Shown here one piece after another: positions 1-12,800 of a stretch of 64,000 nucleotides of DNA; position 1 is the stretch's first letter; every line of letters starts with the position of its first letter. The notes under the pieces were generated by a model that was given only the letters and a program-made list of their open reading frames with translations, was not told the origin of the DNA and did not search any database. The translations under genes and the position numbers were made by a program. The stretch comes from Aplysia californica (lineage: Eukaryota): contig NW_004797483.1 of the NCBI RefSeq assembly GCF_000002075.1, positions 627,144-691,143 of the forward strand. The letters are read 5' to 3'.

Positions 1-53
<53 letters not shown>

Positions 54-54
54 C
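1..54 (+). repeat. (TAG)n microsatellite
   Basis: Directly visible. Confidence 0.95.
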
Positions 55-184
55 CATAGCACTGATAACAAAATAAACCATCCTACAATTTCCTTATTCA
101 GTGTATTAGTATTAGTCTTACAAGTCATCAGGCTTCATGTACCGTCGAACACAATTCAATTGACAACCAGAAAAGCACTTTACT

Positions 185-425
185 TTTACTTTTATCTGCT
201 GCTTATACCCTTTTGGTTGTCGCGGGAAGAAAGAGGTGTCTCTCTGTCCCCAGCTGGAGAGCTTGGGTCAGGGGGATGCAGTGGGTGGTTAATGTTTCCC
301 TGACTCAATCTATCCAGGTCTTTCTCGGTCGCCCTCTAGCCTTGTTGCCATCGAATTTTTTTATGTAGGCACGTTGTGCTGGATGGTGTGTTGGTAATCG
401 TAGGAGATGTCGGAACCATTTGATT
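185..425 (-). mobile_element. RTE-clade LINE 3' fragment
   Basis: Translates KWFRHLLRLPTHHPAQRAY...GNKARGRPRKTW, a typical RTE ORF2 C-terminus; near-identical copy at ~20095-20320. Confidence 0.75.
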
Positions 426-3343
426 CTTTGGTGTTGGATGCGATTGTGATGCATGGCATCATTTGTGTCCTCCTTTTCTCGGATTACAGAAAAGCACAAA
501 GATCGAAAAGCGATGCGTTCCAAACTGGCATCATCATAGATTCGTCTCAACAGAACGATCTCTGGCCATCATGCAGGGCCTACAAAATCGAAAGGGCGTC
601 ATTGTATGAAATCTAGCTCTACACTGTTTAAGAAACAAAACAACAACAACAAAAAATATAAAACTGTGACCCCGCCCTGATCAAAATCTGCGCCAGAAAA
701 ATCAAAACGTCTCTACAGTTGTTGTAGTTGGTGGTGGTGGTGGAGTGTGTGTGTGTGTGTGTGTGTGTGTNNNNNNNNNNNNNNNNNNNNNNNNNNNNNN
801 NNNNNNNNNNNNNNNNNNNNNNNNNNNNNNNNNNNNNNNNNNNNNNNNNNNNNNNNNNNNNNNNNNNNNNNNNNNNNNNNNNNNNNNNNNNNNNNNNNNN
901 NNNNNNNNNNNNNNNNNNNNNNNNNNNNNNNNNNNNNNNNNNNNNNNNNNNNNNNNNNNNNNNNNNNNNNNNNNNNNNNNNNNNNNNNNNNNNNNNNNNN
1001 NNNNNNNNNNNNNNNNNNNNNNNNNNNNNNNNNNNNNNNNNNNNNNNNNNNNNNNNNNNNNNNNNNNNNNNNNNNNNNNNNNNNNNNNNNNNNNNNNNNN
1101 NNNNNNNNNNNNNNNNNNNNNNNNNNNNNNNNNNNNNNNNNNNNNNNNNNNNNNNNNNNNNNNNNNNNNNNNNNNNNNNNNNNNNNNNNNNNNNNNNNNN
1201 NNNNNNNNNNNNNNNNNNNNNNNNNNNNNNNNNNNNNNNNNNNNNNNNNNNNNNNNNNNNNNNNNNNNNNNNNNNNNNNNNNNNNNNNNNNNNNNNNNNN
1301 NNNNNNNNNNNNNNNNNNNNNNNNNNNNNNNNNNNNNNNNNNNNNNNNNNNNNNNNNNNNNNNNNNNNNNNNNNNNNNNNNNNNNNNNNNNNNNNNNNNN
1401 NNNNNNNNNNNNNNNNNNNNNNNNNNNNNNNNNNNNNNNNNNNNNNNNNNNNNNNNNNNNNNNNNNNNNNNNNNNNNNNNNNNNNNNNNNNNNNNNNNNN
1501 NNNNNNNNNNNNNNNNNNNNNNNNNNNNNNNNNNNNNNNNNNNNNNNNNNNNNNNNNNNNNNNNNNNNNNNNNNNNNNNNNNNNNNNNNNNNNNNNNNNN
1601 NNNNNNNNNNNNNNNNNNNNNNNNNNCCAGAGTAGGCTGAACACTTTTTATGGTAAACGCTTCTTGAAAGGGGAAAAAACCGCATGTCTTCTCCCTTTAC
1701 ACGTTTGAGCTCATACGCACAGAGCCATCAAGAGTGCAAATTGTGTAATCAGTTGCATTTGCATTGCATCTAGTTCGCCTGACAAATCAATCTCTATGGC
1801 CATGATCAGTGATCACCGCTCATCTCTCGTAGCTGTGAAATTCGATTCCCAATAAATGCCGACGCTTTCGAGAGAATTTCTCCAGATCTGCACCTTCCAG
1901 CATGCCCAAATCCACTGGAAAGAAATTTATAAATTTATTGACTTTATATCTGCGGAGCTTATTCTTTCATAGCCATGACTCGGCCATGCTCATAGATTAC
2001 AAAAAGTGATGGGAAAGTGAATAGTCACAATAGGAGTTCATGTAACACAGACAGATTAGCATCATTATAATTTATTATAGATCTAGTATAGCAGCCCTGA
2101 AGGGTGGCTTTTCAAAAGTCTCATTAAAACTGCAAATTAAATATTTATGTTCTTGGGAAAGGAAAGAGTTACCATTAACTGCGAAAGCTTCCGATACGAC
2201 GCCTTAAGTGTTTTGACATTGTGATTTCCTTCTGAAGTTTTGTAACAATAGAACAATCAAAGTGAAAGCAAAATTTTTTCGGTGGGTGTCAACTTTTCTT
2301 TGAAACTGAATTTTTGTTAACCCTTTATAGGCCTACTTATGCTTTGATTACTAACAAGCAACAAAATACGTTGTACCTGAAATATGATCAATATGTAGTT
2401 CTAGTAGATATTTCTCATTGACCTTTTAAAAAATTGTTCGAAATAGACCATTGCAACCTGGATGCTGAAGATTCCTTAACTGAGGAGCATGCAAAGTAAA
2501 CCAGCTACTATACTGCACCTAGGTAATTTACATATTGTTTTTTATGGGTTCAGAATAAAATAATGCTTACCTTCTCATGCTTAATTAAAAATAATGTAAG
2601 CATAAATAGAAACAGGATCATCAAGCACTGGAGATCTAGATAGCTGACAAACAGTTGTGACAAAGAATAACGTTTGTGACAAGCTATTGGCAATGCGTGG
2701 GGAGTATGAGGGAGGAGGAGCTAAATTACCTTCTCACTTGTTCCGACAGAGGAATGCCACTGGAAAGCATGTAGGCTGCAGGCTACCGGTACACACACAA
2801 AAAAGTTAATTGATGTTGCTTTCAACTGTTTCATTTTGCTTTCTGACTCTGATAATATAACTTACGATTACGATGCGTGTTCTGCCTAATTCCGGTAGAA
2901 AGAAGATGCCATAACAAATAAAAATTCTTAATTCGGCAGAGGTCTTTGAAAACCTCCCAGAAAACCCACGTCCGGGAACGCATAAGGGGTGAGTCCTACC
3001 AAGGCCAGTTTCATTATAATAATCAAACGAGATGGCAACTGAACTAAAAGAGGATCACCACCATACCAGTAGGCCTACCAATGTGCTAATCAATTTCTAG
3101 TTTGAGAAGCAGAACGTACCATTGCCCCCTTCTGATATGCGCTAAGGCACACATTTAATAATTTCTTAATGTTGTTGTTCAGATGTAAGTTGCACTGGAT
3201 CAGCACAATATGGATGCACTGCAACGTGATCAAATACGGGGAAAAGGAATTAGGAGATTCCCATACAAAAGCACCTTCTAAACCAGTCACATCGGTACCG
3301 TAGAAGAAAGAATGGGCACTAAGAAAAAGACCCGACACCCCCA

Positions 3344-3345
<2 letters not shown>

Positions 3346-3423
<78 letters not shown>
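3346..3423 (+). repeat. (CA)n microsatellite
   Basis: Directly visible. Confidence 0.95.
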
Positions 3424-3425
<2 letters not shown>

Positions 3426-6322
3426 CTTTTTTCTCAAGGACCCCTTTTATTGGGGTTTTTTTTTAAAGAAGGAGAAACGGTTAGAAAAGGGGCTTTTTGG
3501 GTGACTAAATTCCCATCTAGTTCGCCTGCAAGGTTTCCCATCCAACGTCTATGTTCGAAGTTTGTGAGTGGGGGTAACACAAGGATAGACGTGAGTGTCA
3601 GTCAACTAGAGTGGAGCCCCTGATTAAATCCACCGACTCCCCGCCACCTTTCCCCCATCAGTTCTATCCACCTCGACCTTTCCATCGACACTTACCGGAA
3701 GCTGCGCGTAAGAAAATGCGCAAAGAGACATCTTGTTAGCCCACACTTCCGGTGACGCCAAATCACAATGATCAAGAGGCGACTGAAGACCGGAATTGGA
3801 GCAAAATGTCCTCCTGTGGGCAATAAAACCAATCTTATGGAAGGCAAATCGCTTTCCCGCCACTTTGTCCGTCCGTTCGAGATGCTTCCAAAGGGAGACC
3901 ACTGTCTGATGAGTTGCAGCGAGAATCTGCTATTCGATTTTTCGTGTGGATAGATTTTTTTTCCTTACGAAATTTTATCTCTTCTGCTTTTTTTCTTCTT
4001 ACCATTCTCTCAATAGTCTGTCAATCCAGACGCTGCCCTTCTCTCGGGCCAAGCACAAGAGGTACTCAGGGCAGAAATTATTGCATTGAAAAATGTTGAC
4101 CGAGAAACGAAAAAAACCCCCTGTAGATTTAGATTCTAGGTGTCAAATTAAGACCGATGATTTTGGCTGAAAGAGACCAAATGGCCTAGAAAAAATGGTA
4201 TGGTGTAACCAAAGGCAAAATAAAACAAAACAATGGGCAGATTTGGGACTGGTAGCCGGACACAAACCGATCCAACTACAGACAATGTATTATTGGTTTA
4301 AAAAATGAGTGAAGTAACAAAAATCAGGAGGCAATAAAACATACGACTTGGCGGAAAGGACACAATCAAAAAACAAAAAAAAAGCTTGCAAGGTTTTCCA
4401 ATTCTAAATCTCTCAGAGGCAAACAGCAGAGAAAGGGGCCTTGATAGGAACTGCCACACTCTGTATCTTGTTGTCTCGTGGCTCAAGAGTGCAATGTAGA
4501 TATCTAGAGACAAGACTTTGGGAAAGGGGAACACAGAAAGCGAGTGAAGGGTGGCGATAGGACAGGAAGGAAAAAAGGTCCGGCATGTGAAAATTACGCG
4601 AAGAAAATGCTTACGCGTTCGTCTCCAGGTTGCTGTGCTTCTTGACCTTTCTAACTGTTTGAACTGTCAGTCGCAAATGTTTTTGAAACGAGATTTCATT
4701 CTCCAGCAACCAATCTTCTGTATTTTTGGATACCAGGTTATTGTAATTCACCCCTCTATTCCACTCGCACAAGCTGGAGCTTTATTCACTTTGGGGGATC
4801 CTCCAGCTGTGTAAAAACTTCTGTTCCGACTCATTCTGAGCTATTTCTTGCTTACGGTACATGGTTTTCACAATGGCAACTTCGCATTTCTGGTCCGCAA
4901 TTTTGACTGTCGCTAGTAGAATTTGTTTTGTAAGTGTGTGAGGGGGGGGGGGGGTTCACCACCTCGATGAGTAAGCAGTTTCTTCATTTTCGAGGAAAAT
5001 ATGAGTTAAGCAAACAATAATTTTTTGTTTGTTTTTTAAATACTTTATATACCTAAACAAATAATAGCAGAAGGAGACAGAAAAACAGAAAAATGGATGT
5101 GCGGGAAAGAGAAAGATGCAGTTATTGTTTGATTGTTGACACCAGATCTTCGCCAAACATACATTATTGAATTTTTGTTACGTCGTTCTTTTGAAAGGCC
5201 GAGAACCCGAAGAGTGGGTTGGGAGACACCATGCCAGAGAGAAGAATGGCTTTTCCGGCCTCTTGTATGTGTACATGTATAGCCTACTGTGTGAAATACA
5301 GAATAGTGCTGGGAGAGCCAGAGAAGTTTAGAATAGACAGGAAAATAACCGAACGAAAAGATTCTGAACACATTTAGTGGTTCAGAAGTATCGATAACCG
5401 CACTTTGTGCGTGTGTGTACCGGTGTGTATCCTACTGTATGTGAATTTAGTTTTTTAGTCGCGTATGTGCGCACGGGCGCAGGCGAATATGTGCGCATGT
5501 GCGTGTGAGTGTGTGTATGTGCGCGTGCGTGTTTGTGTGTGTGAGCCCAGGTTCACACAGACGGACATGTGCCTATTATTTAAATAAAGAAAACGAATGC
5601 ACTTGATTTCCTAGTTAATTTTTAAAAATGTTATTCACAATATTTCGCCACCAAAAGGAAGAAACATACACGTACATGTTACTGGCGTTTCTGGTTCACT
5701 GGACGGTTAAGATTATGTCATTTCGCTAGGTAAGAAAAGAAAGAGTAATGGTATTTGGTATGAGAGCCAAACAAGTTTAGCCTGGTTGCATGTAGGGCTT
5801 GGGTGATTTTGCCATGCCCTTGGTGCAAATACAGACATCCTGCTGTTTTAATAGTTTTATTTTTATGTACAGCAAATGCAATTAATGCTTATCACAATCA
5901 GTAGCAAATAATCAATGACTCGTCTTGATGAAGAAAACAACGGCAATGAAAACTGAAACTATTGTTTTTCTTTTTTTAAATTTCCCCTTGAACAACTTGC
6001 ATACCAATTTCACAAAACAAGTTTTTCAACAAATATTTTAACACTAACACTACTGGATTTACCAGCTTCAGTAAGGGGAAATGAAAAAAGCAAGTGGATT
6101 ATAAGTCAACTGACAACCCAAAAGACTGTGCTGTTGTTTTTTTTACTCCTCTGCTTTATTTAGTGATAGTGAAAGTGGTTGCAGTTGCACCTAGGGCAAT
6201 TTACCTACACGTAATTGTCAAGGTTTAGAAGTTTTGGAAACTGCATTGTGTGTGTAGTGTGTGTGGGTGTGTGTTTGTTTGTTTGTTTGTGTGCATGTTC
6301 GTGTTTTTTCGTGTGTTTTTTT

Positions 6323-6500
6323 CAATAAGTGTTTTACGGCACTTGCAACTAAATAAGGTCATATAAGTGCCGAAGATTAGAGGTGTTACAAGAGACTTAG
6401 AGAGTAACAAACACAAGAAAGAAGGAGGGGAGATAAAGACCATAGATGTTTGATACGAAAGAAGAAGCAAACCATACCAGGGCACCCGCCAGCAACCCAC
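6323..6500 (-). mobile_element. Hairpin-tail SINE, 5'-truncated copy
   Basis: Reverse complement matches the copies at 35500, 36930, 40925, 48512 and 58438. Confidence 0.8.
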
Positions 6501-8136
6501 ATGTGCGTGTTTGTGCGCGTGTGTATGTGAGTGTGTGTGTGGGTGCACGAGCGCATGAGTGTGTGCGCGCGCATGTGTAGGCTACTGTATGCGTGTGCCC
6601 AGGCGTGTGCGTTTGCATGTGTCCATGTTCACACAGACCTACACCTGTCATCATTTTCAATAAATAACATAATAACTTGAATTAGATCTAGATCTAGAAA
6701 AACAAATGGGTATGATTTCTCGGATATTTTAAGCGTTGTCCAGGAATACATGTACTTTTCGGCACCACAACAATTATGGTTTGCTGCTGTAAGCTGTACC
6801 GGCAGATCTACCGTGAAGGCAACATACTGGGTAAAACTGTAATCGTAATTGTGGCACGTAGAAGAAGTGAGTTCGATTCCCGCATGGGGAGGGTCTATTT
6901 TATCGAATAGATTCTGGCTCTGTCTGAGTGTAAGTGTAAGGACGACGTTGTATTCCTCTCAGTCCAAGTATGCCCTGGGTAGCCTGAGTCCAAGCAGCCG
7001 CCAAATTATTTCAAGATCTAAATTATGTCAATTGGGGACGAAAAACATAGATTGATATACAATTATTACAATTACCGAACTACCTCTCATCCATTCAGTC
7101 ACAAAACTCAGTATCTCTTCACAGACAATTTCTGTAGTTATGGTAAAAAGTGTGGAGGCCTTCCGGGGCCGATGAACATACAAATGTATGTAGTTCGAAT
7201 AGACGACAAACATGATTATAGCCTAGAGAGCAAGAAAGGTGAACGAAGAATTCTTTTCAAGAGAAGACAAATTTCCTTCGCTGTCATTGTCAGGTTTCGA
7301 ACCCCTGGATCTATAAAATGAGAAGTGAACACCATACCTCTAGTTAGACCATGACAGCCGCCAAACAGAGGATCTGAACCCCTCAATAAGGTTATTATTC
7401 TGACACGTAGTCGTTGTGGCCTTCTGGTCACTTAATGGCCATGATTTGTAGCATATTAAATGGACCCGATCGTGACCTAAAAGATCATGTTTGATTTTGA
7501 AAAATTTGACCAAAATACAAATACAATACAGTAGGCCTACAAAATTAAATCTAGGCCTATGTTGTATTAAAAGCATCTCCGCACAGAAATATTCACATAC
7601 ATGTACTTTGCAGACGAATTTGGGCCTATTGCAATAAACACATCTATAAATGATTATAATTCATGTAGCTGTAAGTTCTCTAGAAGGAGGTTGGAGGGTA
7701 CTCAGTGCCGCAGGCAGGCCAAAGTCTTCTTTTTGTTATTTCCATTTGTTGTCTCCGCCTGGCTGTCATACTCTTTCCCTGCACTCAATGGTCGTTGTGT
7801 GATAGTCATTGTATAGATCTGCGTCTCTTTACGCAAACAAACGGATCTTCCCCACTCCAAGTGCAGCAAATAAGTTTATGATAATAAAAATGATATATAC
7901 AATGAGAGCTGCTTTTCTGTCCATGTTGTTTGTGATGTGAAGCTTATCTAGACTGAACTAAACCAAAAACAAACAAAGAAACAAACAAACAAGAACACCC
8001 AAAAGGGTATGAGAACGTGGTTTTATACACAGACAAAGGCTTCATTCATCAGATCTGATAAAAACAACATTCCATATTTTATTTGTACAGACATCATCAG
8101 AACAATACTACTACTGTTATAACCAGTATGAGAATA

Positions 8137-8300
8137 CAGTAGAATCTGCCCTAACGACCACCTTTCCAATACAGTCTCCTGTACAAAAAACAGCGACTTC
8201 CCCCTTGCTTTTTATAATGACACTGTCCAAGAAGACCACCTGTTTAACATGACCAATTTTCCCCTCGAGAATGGTGAGTCGTCTTGGACAGGTTCGACAG
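8137..8300. mobile_element. Short degenerate mariner-like MITE
   Basis: TA|cagtagaatctg...gaccacc repeats...caggttcgacag. Confidence 0.5.
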
Positions 8301-9611
8301 TGGTTTCTAAATGAAGAAAAAATTAGATTTTGAAGTAAAGCTAGAAATTAGAATCAAAGAACCATCAAACAGTAACAACATATTTGCTGGTAACTCAAAG
8401 ACTTGGAATGGGTGTCATCTTAACTTTAACCTCATGAAGTGACTACCTTTATCTTTGTTCTAGTACTCTGGGCTACAAACTGAAAAGGGATTTAAAGGAA
8501 ACTTTCAAATTGAATTCATATTTCCTTTGCAATCTTCAAAAAGGTAGATGTAAGTTTAACAAATCACAAACTGGAGCTAGACTAATCTCAAATTACCTTA
8601 CTTAAAGTCTAAGCAAAAAGCAAAAATTCACCTTCAAAATCTCAAAAGATGCCCCTTTACAATCACGTATCCGTAAACAGCAGTATTTCTTTAAATTGCA
8701 TTATTCTTTAAATCAAAACATGATTGTATGTATATGTCTGTGATAATCAACCCATCTTGGGTTAAGCGGCTGATTTATTAAGTAATGAAACTTTTTCATG
8801 CGAAGGTTGTTGAAGTATGGGCGGAATCGAACTTCAGAATAGATCTAACCTGTTCATAGAATTAGCCTAACCTAAGCACATTTCAAATAAATTATCAGCT
8901 TACAATTTCACAAGAACCTTTTCCTTCTGAAAAAATATCACTGATTCTGTGCAGAGGGGTAAGCATAGATCAGTTCAGCAATTTCATAAACGATAAAATC
9001 AAAGTAAATACACAAAGACAACGTGCTGGAACAGCATTAAAAAAGAAGAAGATTATTATTGAGACCGGAAGCTGGGCAACCTGTGTAAGACTCTGAAATT
9101 AATGTAGAAATAACAAGTTCATGGCGAAAACAGGTTCTTTAACAAATGGTGGTGAAAATGAAAGTCACGGCTACTTTTTTCTCGTTTTCCAAGTCTTCGC
9201 CAGCAAGTCTCTCATCCCACAGCTGTTGAGGAATTGGTCTTTTTTTAGGTCAATTCAGCTACCTAATATTCTGACGGGGCAGAGTAGAGGTAGCCACACT
9301 TTATTTCACAGCTCCTGTGGTTTTCACCAACGACATGCTATTCACTATTCACATTTCAGTCAAGATGGCTAGAGCCATCTATACATGTTGTTGCAAGTGG
9401 GGGGCAAATCGCATCTTAACTTATCAGTAACTTTCCCAACATGATTTTGAACCCTTTGTCCCTTTCAGATTTCCAAAACCCAAATTTGACTTCACGGCAA
9501 TTCGACTTTCATATTTTTAAAAAACCATTCCAGAATTCACGATTCTGATCTTACTTTATTGTTTCAACTGCTAAACAGATCCCCTTGGGAATACACAGAG
9601 ATCCTTTTCGC

Positions 9612-9824
9612 TTAGTCATTGACAAAACCAGATTTCCAACTCATTTTTGAGATGTTGTTCTTTACTGCACTTTGTCGTGAGTTGTTGTCGCTCTGTCTGG
9701 AGCTTGGTTTACTAGCCTTCTTTACAACATTGCTCAATGGATTCGACCACATGTTAGCAGTCAGGCGGTTCCCAGGTCTTGCTACTTTGGGGGAAGACGG
9801 AACCATTGGTTCAACACAGGACAC
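9612..9824 (-). CDS. M1AP: M1AP probable terminal coding exon (VSCVEPMVP...KSGFVND*)
   Basis: Acceptor gtttccag, in frame to TAA at 9614-9612; low-complexity basic tail; an AATAAA lies at 9560-9555. Confidence 0.7.
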   Translation of the reverse strand: MSCVEPMVPSSPKVARPGNRLTANMWSNPLSNVVKKASKPSSRQSDNNSRQSAVKNNISKMSWKSGFVND

Positions 9825-12800
9825 CTGGAAACATAGAGAAATATTTTAATACATGTTCGGTTGGTACATAATAATAATAATAATAATAAATAGCGTTTGT
9901 ATAGCGCAACTCCCCGCTCAGCAGCAAGCTCTATGCGCTTCATAAACTAGCTTATAATATATTCAAGACACATTATCTTTGTATCAGTACAAGTACAAGT
10001 TTAAGAAGTGAGGAGACACAGATATAAGTAATTTCAGAGGCAGCTCTCACACTGTGAAGTCTCAGTACCGTAGTCATTATTATTTATACACAACAGAAAC
10101 GCACACATGCATTATATCATATGTGAGGCAGCGTGGTGGAATCAGGCTCTCGTCAAAATAATCAAAATGAAGAAACTTGCATTTTCCCGCAGGTTTGTAA
10201 ATTTTTATTAAATTTTTGTTTTTTGGCTCAGCACCTTTCATGTCCTTTAGAGAACTAATATATGTGTGGATTTTTCTGAAAAACGTTGATTAAAGGCACA
10301 GAAAATGTTAATTTTCGATTATCATGGACTCTTAAGCTAAGGAAATAACTAACCTCTGTCGGATATTTTCTCACTAATTTTACCTCTGAAAACAAGTGAC
10401 CCCCACCTCCTTCTTTCGTAAATATCTCAATTTGTATTCAAGATGAAAGGATATTTTTTTCATCCAAATATAGACAAATGAACAAGCTTTAAGATGATAC
10501 CAATAACTCTACATGCCCAAAAATTGACGAGAGCCTGATTCCACCACGATGCTTCACATATTACATAAATATATATATATATATAAACGATTTGTATTTA
10601 TATATTTATATGAGGTCAAGTTTAAGTGCATGTGTCTATGGTGAAGGAAGGTTTGGCATCAATTCTAGAGAAACAGAGGGAGCCAGCGAAAGAGAGTAAG
10701 AATGTGTTTATGTACCAGAAATATTCATTATTGTTGCACACGTGTTGGGTCAATTTCTCGGTGAGAGATCTATTACATCTATTTCAAAGTTTTTTGCAGT
10801 TCATCCTTTAGTTCACAACCAAACTCCTGGGTTTTAACCCCGTAAGGGGCCAGGTACGTTGTGTCCCTGGGAAAGACACTTAACAAGAATTTTACTCACT
10901 TCACCCAGATGGCAATTGGTACCCGGCTTTAGACAGTAACAGATCTTGCCGATTTGTTAGTTCTTAAGCTGCCTGCACTGTATGCTTTTTGGGGAGTCAA
11001 GAGTATTTCTGAGTGTTTTAGGTTTTGCAGGCTTATTAATATAGATTGTAAAGCGCATAAGGCTTGATGTTGAGCGGGTAAGTGCGCTCTACAAATGCCA
11101 TTTACATTTGTATTACTGGAAAACTTACAAGTGATATTCCATGGTCTTGCACACCTTCGGACCGAAGATACACTGATGTGTGCACAAAACAGGATATACA
11201 TAAAAGCTAATAAACAGCAACAATAAAAAAAAGAAACAGGAAATGCGTTCTAATATGATGACCTTGTTCAATCTTTTCAGCTCGATTTTCCTTTTGGCAG
11301 CCCATCCTTTATCCAGAGCATACTTGGGCAAGCTGCAACGCTTCAGGGCTGAGAATAACCCTGTGCTGAACTTCAGTGGGTTGAAATGGTCACAGGAATC
11401 CAGCTGAAGAGAAGGAAAAGGATTAGGAAAAAGAATACCATCAGTCTAATGAAGTTAATTTCGTACATCTAGTTTACCGAGCCACCTTATAAAGATCGGA
11501 GCATCAATATCAGAGAAAAAGATTGCAGGAAGACTGCAATATTGTGCGGCTGAGCAATCAGAAAGCTCAAAAGTGTGATTAGCGATATTCATTTGTTGTG
11601 ACAGTGTGTAATGCAGCCGCTTGTTGTTCAGAAAACGAAGTTTGATATCTGTAAAGTTTGAAAGCTTCGTTAACCAGTCTTTTTTATTATGGTAAACTGG
11701 TTGTAGAAGTTGAGAATGTGTCAGAGAGGTGTTTCAGCTTGACTGTATCCATGACGAGCGTTTCCGATCCATGACAAAATGCTGCGGTGTTGCTATATTC
11801 TTCGAAGAATTATGCATTATATATGCTTAGTTATGTTCGTCTGTATGTCTTTGAGTCCATGAGTACATTGTCCTGGTGGTATATGACCGGGGCCTACACT
11901 CTTAGTTTGTTTTCTTACCAATACATGTAAACAAATGGACACAGGTTCATCAAGAGAGCTATGCCTTAGAAACTCAGAAAGGGTTTGATACCCAACCAAA
12001 ATGCTGAGATACAACTGGACTTGTGTTCATTCTCAGTGTGAACTGTTTAATTAAATCAAAATTCAAAGATGTGTGTTGTGGCTACCTGAGAGAGAGAGGC
12101 CTGGATACACAGTTCACTTTCTTTAGTCAGAGGCTTCATTATTTGTGAACGACTGGACGGTAACAGTAGTTCGGCGGATACAACACTCTTCAAGAGAAGA
12201 GTCCTGTAGAAATAGCAAAGTAAAGCTATAGAACGATATGAAAGTGGATACTTAACACAAAAAACATTTCACTCTCTTGTTTAATTGTTTGAATGACATG
12301 AAGAAAAGCACATCAGGTAAGGTTCAAAAGGTGCACACAACAAGTAAAGAGATTAGAGATTAACCAAGAATGTTTCTTTTTGTACAGAAATGTAGCACTC
12401 TACAATACACAAATAAATAATCTAGAATGCGGAGTAATTAGCGAAGTACATGATCAAAATAAAAGGAAGAAGACATGATACACTAAAGAAAATGCCAAAA
12501 ATATTAAAAAGCCTAAGTGTTATGTATATCATTCTACCACAAGAGATGCTGTGCCTTCTACGATTTTCTATTTGGGTCTTTCTGTTACCCTCTAACCTAC
12601 CCTTCAACTGACTAGGGGATCCTGGACAGGAATCAATTTAGATCTGTTAAAATTAAAGTCTAGACAGACATACCTTTCCTCACTTAATCATCTGTAGTAA
12701 TCAGAAGGAAATAAATTGAAGGAAAGCACGGTAACGACCAGTCAAACTCCAAATTTTCTACCATTTGAGTTTAAAGACAGATCATATTATCATTTCTTCA

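Noticed and set aside
628-1708. Long ORFs spanning N-runs (also at 22382, 24994-25851, 26934, 36223-36639)
   Set aside because: Artefacts of translating assembly gaps.
7330-7820. Exon-like segments downstream of M1AP
   Set aside because: No recognisable protein similarity and no consistent exon chain; M1AP already terminates at 9612.
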